A stretch of DNA of 64,000 nucleotides from assembly GCA_963716985.1 (NCBI GenBank), contig OY970323.1, positions 736,001-800,000 of the forward strand. Reading direction: 5' to 3'. Under the pieces are notes generated by a model. That model was not told the DNA's origin and ran no database searches. It was given only the letters and a program-made list of their open reading frames with translations. Shown here one piece after another: positions 1-8,736 of this stretch. Every line of letters begins with the position of its first letter. Within the stretch, counting starts at the first letter, position 1. The stretch is from an uncultured bacterium (lineage in GTDB: Bacteria; Chlamydiota; Chlamydiia; Chlamydiales; SM23-39). The position numbers and the translations under genes are program-made.

Positions 1-355
1 GGCTAAGACGGATGTTGATGCGGTTGGCCTCTACCGTATTGTCGATGATATAGCTTCTGAAGACGAAAAACCTCATGTCTTCCGGAGGCGAGATGATCCA
101 GAAATCACCTTCTTGCCCGGTGACTAAAACGAAATCGTTTTTCTTGAGTTCTCGGACGATATGGCCATCCAGTCCCGGACGGCATCTCATGCGTACGCGG
201 TTTTTTATGATTTTTCCGGAAAAGCTTTCGAAAGAAGCGGCTGCAAGGGCGTTGCTAACTTCTTTAGGGTTTGTTGATTCTTGACTTGGAGCGGCAGCAT
301 TGCCGAGACCAAAGAGCATCAGGGTACATGTAAAATAGAAAAGAAACTTCATCAT
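1..355 (-). CDS. Exported protein with bacterial SH3-like domains, Chlamydia CT017/Ctad1-like (runs off the window)
   Basis: Manual translation: MMKFLFYFTCTLMLFGLGNA (signal peptide)...FSGKIIKNRVRMRCRPGLDGHIVRELKKNDFVLVTGQEGDFWIISPP...VEANRINIRL. AAGGAG RBS upstream. Syntenic with CT016-like and phoH. Confidence 0.7.
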   Translation of the reverse strand, partial: MMKFLFYFTCTLMLFGLGNAAAPSQESTNPKEVSNALAAASFESFSGKIIKNRVRMRCRPGLDGHIVRELKKNDFVLVTGQEGDFWIISPPEDMRFFVFRSYIIDNTVEANRINIRLS

Positions 356-469
356 CTGGATCTCCTTTAGAGCGGATATCTTCCAAAATAATCAAGAGGT
401 TTCTTTTTCACAACTATAAACCGCGTGAAACAAATCAAGTAGGGAAAAAAAGAAAAGCTCGCAACCGGC

Positions 470-1123
470 TTAACTATTCAAAACAGCTCGTAAATGTTCG
501 CAATTTTTTTCTCCGCAAGTGCACCCGAAAGGTTCTTTTAGGTGGACGCGGTATTGATCATTTGAGTCGAGAGGATTGGTGACGAGATAAAGATGATCTG
601 CCGTTTCTTTGATTTCCCATGAACGAAAGGTGAGGTCTTTATCCGAAACCTCTTCTTCGTGAGGGGAGGGGTCGGGTTTTGTCCCTCCTTTCAGAGCTCT
701 TGCAATCTGGCAATACAGGCAGTTGCAGTTTGGCTCGGCTATCGCCATCTCATCCGGCATTCCCAAAATTCTTGCAACGCCAATGATTTTTTCTAGGATT
801 TCCAAAGGGACATCAGGAGTGTTTGCCTGATCGGGATTGTGCTGCATGGCAGCGCCAAGGGTGTCCTCTCCTCCCTCTCCTAGCTGCAGTGGAAATCCAA
901 AGCGAATCTGCATGGGATTTGCTTTTTTTTCGAGAACCTGGGCATGTATGGCAAAAATATTTTGAAGCGTTGTTGGGTCTAGATGAGGGATTTCAACCTT
1001 CGATCCGCTTTTGAGCAGGACGATCAAATTGGGGCCTTCTAACGAAAGGGACTCGATGTGTTCCCAGCCGGTGGAGATGTAGGGAGGAATATGAAGAAGA
1101 GAAGCATTGATCTTGGCGTTCAT
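470..1123 (-). CDS. Conserved chlamydial protein (CT016-like) with Cys motifs and a C-terminal SWIM-like zinc finger
   Basis: LHIPPYISTGW N-terminus, CNCLYCQIA and GCTCGEKNCEH motifs; divergent from phoH as in Chlamydia. Confidence 0.8.
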   Translation of the reverse strand: MNAKINASLLHIPPYISTGWEHIESLSLEGPNLIVLLKSGSKVEIPHLDPTTLQNIFAIHAQVLEKKANPMQIRFGFPLQLGEGGEDTLGAAMQHNPDQANTPDVPLEILEKIIGVARILGMPDEMAIAEPNCNCLYCQIARALKGGTKPDPSPHEEEVSDKDLTFRSWEIKETADHLYLVTNPLDSNDQYRVHLKEPFGCTCGEKNCEHLRAVLNS

Positions 1124-1153
1124 ACGGCCATCCTTTTTTTATTATTAACCCTC

Positions 1154-1183
1154 ATTATACCATTTCTCTGACTCCACGGTCAA
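1154..1183 (-). promoter_or_regulatory. Sigma66/sigma70 promoter of the CT016-like gene
   Basis: Minus strand TTGACC-N18-TATAAT, about 30 nt upstream of the ATG. Confidence 0.65.
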
Positions 1184-1189
1184 TAATTT

Positions 1190-1216
1190 TTAGCACTCTC
1201 GCGTATCGTTTGCTTA
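1190..1216. promoter_or_regulatory. Degenerate CIRCE (HrcA operator)
   Basis: TTAGCACTC-N9-GTTTGCTTA versus consensus TTAGCACTC-N9-GAGTGCTAA: perfect left arm, 6/9 right arm. Confidence 0.6.
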
Positions 1217-1387
1217 AAAAACAATGTAATGCACTGATTGTTAGGACATTGTGTTTGATTTGCGAAAATTGTTCAAAAAAATTATCGAGAAAAAATTAAA
1301 AAAAGTTGTCTCCTTTTTCCTAATTCTTATATTTTGCCGATTTAGGTTCCAAGCGATTCCGCTGCCACCGTTAATGAAGGAGTATCC

Positions 1388-2695
1388 ATGAAGACGTTCG
1401 TTCTTGATACCAATGTTCTGCTACATGATCCCTCCGCTATCAAAAAGTTTCATAAAAATGAGGTGGTCATCCCTCTTTCCGTTTTGGAGGAGCTCGATAC
1501 GATGAAGCGTATCATGGATGAAAGAGGAAGAAACGCAAGAGCTGTGATTCGCTATATCGATTCTTTGAAAGCAGAGCATGCGGGTGAATTTTCAGAAGGG
1601 ATACAGCTTCCCGAAGGTCCGAAAGTTCGGATTTTCCTGGATAGCAAGATGAATCGGACGGATGGTTTTCCTCTTTCTTTAGAAAATTCGTCAAACAAGA
1701 TTTTGCACGTCGCCTTCTTCCTGAAAACACAAGGGAAAAGGGTCATTTTAGTCTCGAAGGATTTTGTAGCGAGAGTGAAAGCGGAAGCGATTTCTTTGGA
1801 AGCTGAAGATTATGAAAATTCTAAGGTTTCCTTTCGTGCGATCTATCGAGGGATCGAAAAAGTGGAAATGCCCAAAAGCGATATCGATCTTTTTTACAAG
1901 GACGGAGCGATTCGGTTGGAGAAAAGAGAATTTGCTCCAAACGAATATTGCTTGATGGTAAGTCCGGAGAATACTTCGGCTGTGTGCCGCTACAATGCAA
2001 AAAGCAAACAGCTCGAGCCCCTTTTGCAGCTGAAGAAAGATATTTGGGGGGTCCTTCCGCTCAATGTAGAACAAAAATGCGCGACCGATCTTCTTTTTCG
2101 CGACGATATCTCTCTCGTGACTTTAATGGGACCTGCGGGTACCGGAAAAACTCTTTTGGCGCTGGCTGCCGGAATGAGCAAGGTGTTTGATGAAGCGCGT
2201 TATAACAAGATACTCGTTTCCCGTCCCATCGTTCCCTTGGGAAAAGACATCGGATATCTTCCGGGGACGAAAGAAGAAAAGCTCTATCATTGGATGCAGC
2301 CCATTTATGACAATTTAGAGTTTCTCTGCTCCTCATCTTCTGAGAGCGGAAGCGAGTCGGTATGGGACTGGATCACGAAAAGCAAAAAACTTGAGATGGA
2401 GGCGGTTACCTATATTCGCGGACGCACTCTGCCCAAAATTTACATGATCATCGACGAGGCCCAAAACCTAACGCCCCATGAAGTCAAAACGATTATTTCT
2501 CGCGCAGGAAAGGGGACAAAGGTGATTTTGACGGGAGACCCTACGCAGATTGACAATCCCTATCTCGATCAAGATTCCAATGGCCTGACCTATGCCGTGA
2601 GCCGTTTTAAGGGGCAAAAGATGTTCGGACACATGTTTCTCGATAAGACCGAACGCTCCGAGCTTGCCGCTGTGGCCGCAGAAATTATGAATTAA
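1388..2695 (+). CDS. phoH: PIN-PhoH (PhoH2) family ATPase
   Basis: N-terminal PIN motif FVLDTNVLLHDP; Walker A GPAGTGKT; IGYLPG, YIRGR, IIDEAQN and TGDPTQID motifs. Confidence 0.93.
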   Translation: MKTFVLDTNVLLHDPSAIKKFHKNEVVIPLSVLEELDTMKRIMDERGRNARAVIRYIDSLKAEHAGEFSEGIQLPEGPKVRIFLDSKMNRTDGFPLSLENSSNKILHVAFFLKTQGKRVILVSKDFVARVKAEAISLEAEDYENSKVSFRAIYRGIEKVEMPKSDIDLFYKDGAIRLEKREFAPNEYCLMVSPENTSAVCRYNAKSKQLEPLLQLKKDIWGVLPLNVEQKCATDLLFRDDISLVTLMGPAGTGKTLLALAAGMSKVFDEARYNKILVSRPIVPLGKDIGYLPGTKEEKLYHWMQPIYDNLEFLCSSSSESGSESVWDWITKSKKLEMEAVTYIRGRTLPKIYMIIDEAQNLTPHEVKTIISRAGKGTKVILTGDPTQIDNPYLDQDSNGLTYAVSRFKGQKMFGHMFLDKTERSELAAVAAEIMN

Positions 2696-2833
2696 TTTTA
2701 GAGGAAAGAATCGGTTTGCTTCCCATTTCTTCCCTGAAGGGCAGAGCATTACGCGCTTTGCGCCTCAAAGGAAGAAATCCCTATCCACTCGTAGGATTTC
2801 ATAAATTTTCAACTATCTGCTGCACGATGGTGG

Positions 2834-3172
2834 TTATCTACTCCGGAAAAAATCTCTTTTCAGGTCTTTTTTAAGATGATAGAGAAACATTGCGCACAAA
2901 TACGAAATGGGCGGCCATAAAGGTTTTGCAAGGGAAAGTATCAAGCTGCTTAAAACAACAATGGCAATAGCGTTAGAAGAAAGAAATATGTAAGTAACCA
3001 CTTGCGCTGCTTTACAAGATCCCAAAGAGAGAAATGTCAAATTCAGAAAGACCAGAGCTGCATTGGAAACAATCAATATTTTGATCAGCACATCACAGTC
3101 TTTTTTGCTTAAAGTAATTTCGGGTCCCATTCCAAAAAACGTGCGCATACGAACAGGATAAAGCAGTTCCAT
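2834..3172 (-). CDS. Hypothetical membrane protein (Inc-like hydrophobic segments)
   Basis: 112 aa with 2-3 hydrophobic segments; start overlaps the stop of the upstream ORF. Confidence 0.5.
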   Translation of the reverse strand: MELLYPVRMRTFFGMGPEITLSKKDCDVLIKILIVSNAALVFLNLTFLSLGSCKAAQVVTYIFLSSNAIAIVVLSSLILSLAKPLWPPISYLCAMFLYHLKKDLKRDFFRSR

Positions 3173-3582
3173 CAGGTTTTTCCATCAGATACAATCTTAA
3201 TGCCAAAGAAAGCTATGCCTGCCGCTGCCAAATAAAATATTCCCGACATCCCATAGCAGGAACACATGATTGGCCAGGAAAAATCCCTATGCATAGAGAC
3301 ACATTCTCGACCGGAAAAATAGTAAAAGGCAATCGCAACAACACAGCAACTAAAGATTTTTGCTATACCAATCAGGGTGTTCGTGGCTTTTTCTGTTTCA
3401 TTAGCAGCTCCGTCTAAAACACATTGCGCAATTGGAATCGCAAGTCCGATCAATGTGCCCACGGCAGCTCCAGGAAGTCCTCCAAAAACAAGACCTCCCA
3501 ATGCACAACCGGCCACTCCTCCGGCACCGATTTTAGTTCCTGGAGAAAAAAAAACCGCAGTATTTGATGAAATTGCGTTCAT
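3172..3582 (-). CDS. Hypothetical membrane protein with glycine-zipper segment
   Basis: GAGGVAGCALGGLVFGGLPGAAVG plus further hydrophobic helices; likely start ATG 3582 (MNAISS). Confidence 0.55.
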   Translation of the reverse strand: MNAISSNTAVFFSPGTKIGAGGVAGCALGGLVFGGLPGAAVGTLIGLAIPIAQCVLDGAANETEKATNTLIGIAKIFSCCVVAIAFYYFSGRECVSMHRDFSWPIMCSCYGMSGIFYLAAAGIAFFGIKIVSDGKT

Positions 3583-4013
3583 GATTGCCCCTGTAGTTTG
3601 ATTCGCGAAAACATACAAAGAAGGATCTTTTTTTGCAAAAAGAAATTTTTTTAATCAACCACTCTTTTTCACGACGCAAATCTCTTGTTGGTTTTTTGTA
3701 GATGGAACGAATGCCTTTTAAGGCAAATAATAGTTCCAACCTGGCTGCCATTTCCACTGAGTTGTTGCAAGGGTTTCCAAAGAGACTTTTTTGAAAAAAC
3801 CGAAGAATTTTCTTTGGCTGTTCATTATTGGAGGTGGAGCGATGCGGTTAGAGTTTTCCTACGGGATTGGCATCCTTAAATTTGTGCAAGGACTTTTTCT
3901 GTTCCCAATTCTTCCTTGAAGAAGCTCTTTTCTCTGACGAATTTTGAAAAATCATTGGCAATTCAAAAAAAATATGCTATCACGTTAAGGTGTAGTTTTT
4001 GGTAGGAGGGCAA

Positions 4014-5126
4014 ATGAGCCGCAAATTTTTAGATAGTTTTTTTATTCTTTTTTTATTGGTTTTTATCAATCAGATTTTCGCCGATGAGGTGAAAATTCCC
4101 AATGAAGCCGAAAAGGCAATCACATTTAATTCCCCGGCGAGAATTGCGGTAAAAGGAGAATGGGACTTCTATCTTTCTGCCCATTTCGTTTACTGGATTG
4201 CAAAAGAAGAAGGGATTTCAGTTGCTTCTGTGAACGATTATAGTAATTTTCCTTTTGTTTTAACAACGTATCCGGTGGATACGTCTTACAAACCTGGATT
4301 TAAAGTAGCTTTTGGCATGAACTGCGGAAACTATGACAATTGGGTAGTAGGAGCAGAATATACACGTTTTCACATAGAGCATCATCAAGCATCCGCCTCC
4401 ATACCTTTAGGACAAATTGCGGCCTTCGATATGGATCCCGCATTTGTCTCATTTGAAACAACCTTGAGTGTAAATGGCAATGCCCTCGGATTTACGCATA
4501 GTGCCGGCAAGTGGAAAAACGAAATGGATTTGATTGATGTGAATTTATGCAGGGCCTTCTATTCGGGGAAAAAACTTACGTTTTCACCCTTTTTAGGTCT
4601 GCGTAGCGGGTGGCTTGATCAACATTTTTATGGTAACTATGTAGCTTATGACATTTCCAGCAGTAATCAGCCCTATCTCATTTCTTCAAAAAGCAAGCAG
4701 CATTCATGGACTCTTGGTCCCAGAGTTGGATTCTTTGGTGATTGGCTTTTAGGTTCGGGTTTTAGGCTTTGCGCAGAAGCGGCGGGTGCTATCCTTTATC
4801 AACATTTTCACAACAGTTTTTTAGATACTTTTTCAACAATCGGCTTTCTCAATACTCCCGGTTCGTATTTTAAGCAGAACAAAAACACTTTAAATCCGAA
4901 TTTAGATTGTGAATTAAGTCTTGGATATGGAACCTATTTTGCAAATAATAAATGGCATTTCGATTTAACGGCTGGTTATAGTTTTCAAATCTTTTTCTAT
5001 CAAAACAGGCTTACGGTTTTATCGGTTGACGAATCCAATGTAAGCGATAACGTTTATTTCGATGCGTATACTCCCGCTAATCTCATACTTCATGGCCTTA
5101 ACGTTGCAATGCGTTTTGATTTCTAA
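4014..5126 (+). CDS. Outer-membrane beta-barrel porin (MOMP-like, Legionella Lpg1974-type family)
   Basis: Signal peptide, YKPGFKVAFG, GPRVG and LHGLNVAMRFDF with terminal Phe; AGGAGG RBS before ATG 4014. Confidence 0.8.
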   Translation: MSRKFLDSFFILFLLVFINQIFADEVKIPNEAEKAITFNSPARIAVKGEWDFYLSAHFVYWIAKEEGISVASVNDYSNFPFVLTTYPVDTSYKPGFKVAFGMNCGNYDNWVVGAEYTRFHIEHHQASASIPLGQIAAFDMDPAFVSFETTLSVNGNALGFTHSAGKWKNEMDLIDVNLCRAFYSGKKLTFSPFLGLRSGWLDQHFYGNYVAYDISSSNQPYLISSKSKQHSWTLGPRVGFFGDWLLGSGFRLCAEAAGAILYQHFHNSFLDTFSTIGFLNTPGSYFKQNKNTLNPNLDCELSLGYGTYFANNKWHFDLTAGYSFQIFFYQNRLTVLSVDESNVSDNVYFDAYTPANLILHGLNVAMRFDF

Positions 5127-5134
5127 TCATTACC

Positions 5135-5154
5135 AGCATTATCAACATAATGCT
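5135..5154 (+). terminator. Hairpin after the porin gene
   Basis: AGCATTAT-CAAC-ATAATGCT perfect 8-bp stem just after the stop codon. Confidence 0.45.
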
Positions 5155-5165
5155 AGCAAGTTTTC

Positions 5166-5275
5166 GTGCGCCCGGCATGAAATCTTTCTGGGAGGTGAGG
5201 GTCTTCTATAGGCTTAGCGTGTCCTTGCGAAAAGAATGCGTGAAATTAATTTTGCATCTCTGTAGACTTCATGCC
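5166..5275 (+). mobile_element. Group II intron 5'-end remnant
   Basis: GTGCGCCCGGCATG, a typical bacterial group II intron start, 11 nt after a hairpin. GGCATGAA (5174-81) can pair with TTCATGCC (5268-75). Confidence 0.5.
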
Positions 5276-5288
5276 TTGAACCCGTTCA

Positions 5289-5720
5289 TTGTCTATGGAT
5301 ATTGCCGATAAAATTCGTAAAATCGAGGCCCTCATTGTAGGAGCTAAAAGTGACGGAGAACGACAGGCTGCCGAGTTTGCAAAACAACGCCTCCAAGAAA
5401 AAATCTCTGCTCAACCAATAGAGTATACTGTCAGACTCAACAGCCCTTGGAAAAAAAGACTGTTTGTTGCCATTTGCAGAAAGCACGCTCTTCACGCTTA
5501 TCGCTACATGCGGCAAAAACATACCACCACGATGATTCGAGTATCTCAACCTTTCATGGATTCGGTTTTATGGCCGGAGTTCAAAAAGTATGAAAGAATA
5601 CTCGACAAGTTAACGGACGAGATTTTAGAGGACCTCATTTCTAAAATTTACTTGGTGAAAGAAGAGGACGAAACTGTTATTGCCGGAGAACTTCCGATTA
5701 CGGAGACTGCAACTCTTTAA
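5289..5720 (+). CDS. Hypothetical protein with DUF2786-like N-terminus
   Basis: KIRKIEAL...GAKSDGERQAA N-terminal motif and WKKRLFVAICR...YRYMRQKHTT; clean 143-aa ORF. Confidence 0.6.
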   Translation: MSMDIADKIRKIEALIVGAKSDGERQAAEFAKQRLQEKISAQPIEYTVRLNSPWKKRLFVAICRKHALHAYRYMRQKHTTTMIRVSQPFMDSVLWPEFKKYERILDKLTDEILEDLISKIYLVKEEDETVIAGELPITETATL

Positions 5721-5979
5721 GTCTTTTCGGTTCGGGCAGCTTCTTAGACAGCTGTCTGTGTTTTCCGATGAACTGATTGGGGCGCGCGGTTCACCGAAAG
5801 GTTGATGACAGTAGTGTGCACGCTAAAATAAAATGCAATGAATACATTCCCATTTCTAACCGAAGTGTTCGCCGGCCCATCATGCGGCGCGCTCCCCACC
5901 CATACCAATTCTCTAGACACCCACCTCCGTCAACGCGTACACGGAATCTATCTCTAAGAGAAAATGGATTACAAAAAAG

Positions 5980-7893
5980 TTGCATTTTAAAAAAGCAGTC
6001 ATTAAATTTTTTTTGTCTTTATTGGATGTATGTATGGAATGCTCAGCCCAAGAAACTTTGGCTTTTGAATTTTTAAAAAAAGGCAATATCGGTCATGCGC
6101 GCGTTTTGTTTGAGCAATTATTGCAGAAGGGTTCCCTTGTGGCAAAAAAAGGCCTTGAGCAATGTAAAGAACAGTTCTTGCGCAAGTGTTATAAACAAAA
6201 AAAAGTAGATGATTTTTTAAGAGAGTCTGCGGGCATGGATTTTCTTGCGCCCGCCAGGGCCAGACTTTTAGGAAATAAGGCTTTGGAGGATTTGTCGCAA
6301 AAAGATAGCTTTGCAAAGTTCTTTTTGCATTCGAGTAAAAGAGATGCTTTTGTAGAAATGCGTCAAATTCCTGAGTGGAAAGAATATGCGGAAGGATGGA
6401 TCTCTTTATTAAAGTTGGACGCGGGTCGTGCCTATGCTTCTTTTCTTTCCTTAGAAAAAAAATGGCCCTATCATGCCAAACTGGGGCTTTGCCTGGCTGA
6501 TATCCTATCAAAGAAAAACCTTGAGGCGCAACAAAGAGTTGTCCATTTAAGGCCCATTATTTCTCAACATTTCCCTGAATTTACAAAAGCTTTGGGCTGT
6601 GAATCCGAGGATTCTATTATAGCGCAAAATTTGCGCTGGGGAAACCAGGAGGATTTAGAAAGGGTTTTGGAGATGCCGAACTCTTCGGAACATAGAGGAT
6701 TAATATCTTTGCGTCTGGGCGATCTGGAATGGGAAAACAAAGAAATTAGCAAAGCTAAATCCTATTGGCTTCATGCTAAAAAACTTTCAAGTGCTTTAGA
6801 AGTGGATGTGTTACAGAGACTTTTTGTTTGTGCATATGAGAGAGGGGAGGAATGCCGTGGGAATATTCATGAGCTATATCTGCTTCTTTATCGCAAAAAC
6901 AAATCTGATGCCAAAGAATTTTTGGAAACGGTGGTTTTCGAGTGTGAAAAAGCTGTAAATGGTGTTCCCGTTCCATTCTTAAAAGGAAAGTTTCAGTGGG
7001 AAAAACACGCTCCTTCCGAAGTGATGTTGCTCTATTTAAGTCAGCAATCTTTTGAGATGAAAGGATATCTACCCTATTTTGACAAGCCAAATAATGAAGG
7101 AAGGGATTTTTGGAAAGAAAACTTAAAGGTTTTGAATCAGGAATATTCCCTTTGTGAAAAATATTTAAGATTTAGAATTGACTGTGTATCTTTTTATGAC
7201 ATGCATGAAGAAAAAAGAAGAGCGTTATTTTCTTTGTTGCTAATGAATCCTTCCTTAAAAGAAGAACTGATCGGGCAGTATGTTCAAATGGCTTTATTGA
7301 CTGATGAAGAATGTATCGAGGAGGAATTAAAAAAACTTAGCGAGATTTTCCCTTCTGACTATGATTTGATGCGCCTACGAATTTATTTTGGCTTGGATTC
7401 TTTGGAAACTTTTGCTCTTGTGCTTTCGCCAACTCTTTACCGGGTTCTATGTTTACAAGTTGCTATCGATTGTGGCAAGAAACCAAAACTGCTAATGGAT
7501 TTGTCCGAATGCAAAAAAGATGCAGAAGCTTCCTTCCATCTGTTCGATGCCGTTTCACAGGGCTGTCTACCCGTAAGTAGTGTGATAAAAGTTTTCAATG
7601 CTCTGGTTGAAGAGCCACGAAAAATGTTTCGACGGATTTTTTATTATGGATTTCGGGAAATTGGACCTAAATTTATTGCCCATTGGAAAAAAAAATTTCC
7701 TACCTGTTGGGCTCCTCACTACTATAATGCTTTGCAGCTAGTGAAAAAAAACAAATTTTTTTTCGCAAAGCAGGAAATCAATGCTGCGCTGGAAAAAATT
7801 TCAAGAGAAGATATAGAATTCCACGACTTGGTGAACCTTAAAAACTTCATTGTTGGCGGAAATTTGTTTAATTTCTTGATGGAAGACTTATGA
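5980..7893 (+). CDS. Large alpha-helical/TPR-like protein, first gene of a chaperone-like operon (start may be ATG 6034)
   Basis: 637-aa ORF with TPR-like segments (AFEFLKKGNIGHARVLFEQLL; LGDLEWENKEISKAKSYW). Its stop overlaps the next ATG. Confidence 0.6.
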   Translation: MHFKKAVIKFFLSLLDVCMECSAQETLAFEFLKKGNIGHARVLFEQLLQKGSLVAKKGLEQCKEQFLRKCYKQKKVDDFLRESAGMDFLAPARARLLGNKALEDLSQKDSFAKFFLHSSKRDAFVEMRQIPEWKEYAEGWISLLKLDAGRAYASFLSLEKKWPYHAKLGLCLADILSKKNLEAQQRVVHLRPIISQHFPEFTKALGCESEDSIIAQNLRWGNQEDLERVLEMPNSSEHRGLISLRLGDLEWENKEISKAKSYWLHAKKLSSALEVDVLQRLFVCAYERGEECRGNIHELYLLLYRKNKSDAKEFLETVVFECEKAVNGVPVPFLKGKFQWEKHAPSEVMLLYLSQQSFEMKGYLPYFDKPNNEGRDFWKENLKVLNQEYSLCEKYLRFRIDCVSFYDMHEEKRRALFSLLLMNPSLKEELIGQYVQMALLTDEECIEEELKKLSEIFPSDYDLMRLRIYFGLDSLETFALVLSPTLYRVLCLQVAIDCGKKPKLLMDLSECKKDAEASFHLFDAVSQGCLPVSSVIKVFNALVEEPRKMFRRIFYYGFREIGPKFIAHWKKKFPTCWAPHYYNALQLVKKNKFFFAKQEINAALEKISREDIEFHDLVNLKNFIVGGNLFNFLMEDL

Positions 7894-8180
7894 ATCCTTA
7901 TATTATTTTAGATGTTCCTTTTAATGCAGCCGATGAGCAAATTAGGCAGGCTTTTTATAAAAAATTAAAGTCCGGAGATAAAAACGAAATTACCAAAGCC
8001 TATTCTTTGATTAAAGATGAAAAGTCGAGAAAAAAGTTTCGTTGGCTCTCCATTCCTAGTTATTACGTAAATATTTCGGATTGTTACGAGATGACTTCTG
8101 AAAAAATGGAAAAGATTGCTGGTGAAGTTGCTTTTTTGTCCGAATGGGAGCTTGGAAGGGATTTTTATGGACCTTTATGA
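7890..8180 (+). CDS. Small J-domain-like protein lacking the HPD motif
   Basis: MNPYIILDVPFNAADEQIRQAFYKKL...EITKAYSLIKDEKSRKK matches J-domain helices I, II, III and IV; no HPD. Confidence 0.75.
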   Translation: MNPYIILDVPFNAADEQIRQAFYKKLKSGDKNEITKAYSLIKDEKSRKKFRWLSIPSYYVNISDCYEMTSEKMEKIAGEVAFLSEWELGRDFYGPL

Positions 8181-8736
8181 AGATCAGAGAATTCCCACTC
8201 TTTATGACTTTGTCTTATCAAGTGAAAAAATGGCAACGGAGATTAGAAAACAAAATAAAGAAATAAAAATTCTTTCCTCTCTTTTACAAGAGCAAAATGA
8301 AAGAGAAATAGTCAAAAAGGAGGACATCTCTTCAATAAAAACGATTCTTCAAATAGCTGACTCTTTGTTTTATCTTTCCGATGCTATCCAAAAAACTTCC
8401 GCGGCAATACTTACAGCAATTTCTTCAGGTATTTGGTTTTTTAATTTTGGGAGAAAAGGGTGGCGGCATCAAATGAAAGGTTTGCTGGATTCTTTAATTG
8501 AAGGAGTTGAACTAATCGAGGTCAAGAATCGAACGATTTTGGAGGATTTAGATATCGAGATGATATCTCCCCTTGTGGGAGAAGAATTTTCACCCAGCAT
8601 CCATAAGGCTGTTGAACAGCTTACTGGAAAGCCGGGGCGGATTGTCAAAGTATTACAAAAAGGCTATCGGTATAAAGAGAGAATTCTTCGTTATGCTCAG
8701 GTGGCGGTAGGAATAGAAACAAAGGAAAGATCATGA
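8167..8736 (+). CDS. GrpE-like nucleotide exchange factor (paralog)
   Basis: C-terminal GEEFSPSIHKAV...IVKVLQKGYRYKERILRYAQVAV GrpE signature. Confidence 0.85.
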   Translation: MDLYEDQRIPTLYDFVLSSEKMATEIRKQNKEIKILSSLLQEQNEREIVKKEDISSIKTILQIADSLFYLSDAIQKTSAAILTAISSGIWFFNFGRKGWRHQMKGLLDSLIEGVELIEVKNRTILEDLDIEMISPLVGEEFSPSIHKAVEQLTGKPGRIVKVLQKGYRYKERILRYAQVAVGIETKERS

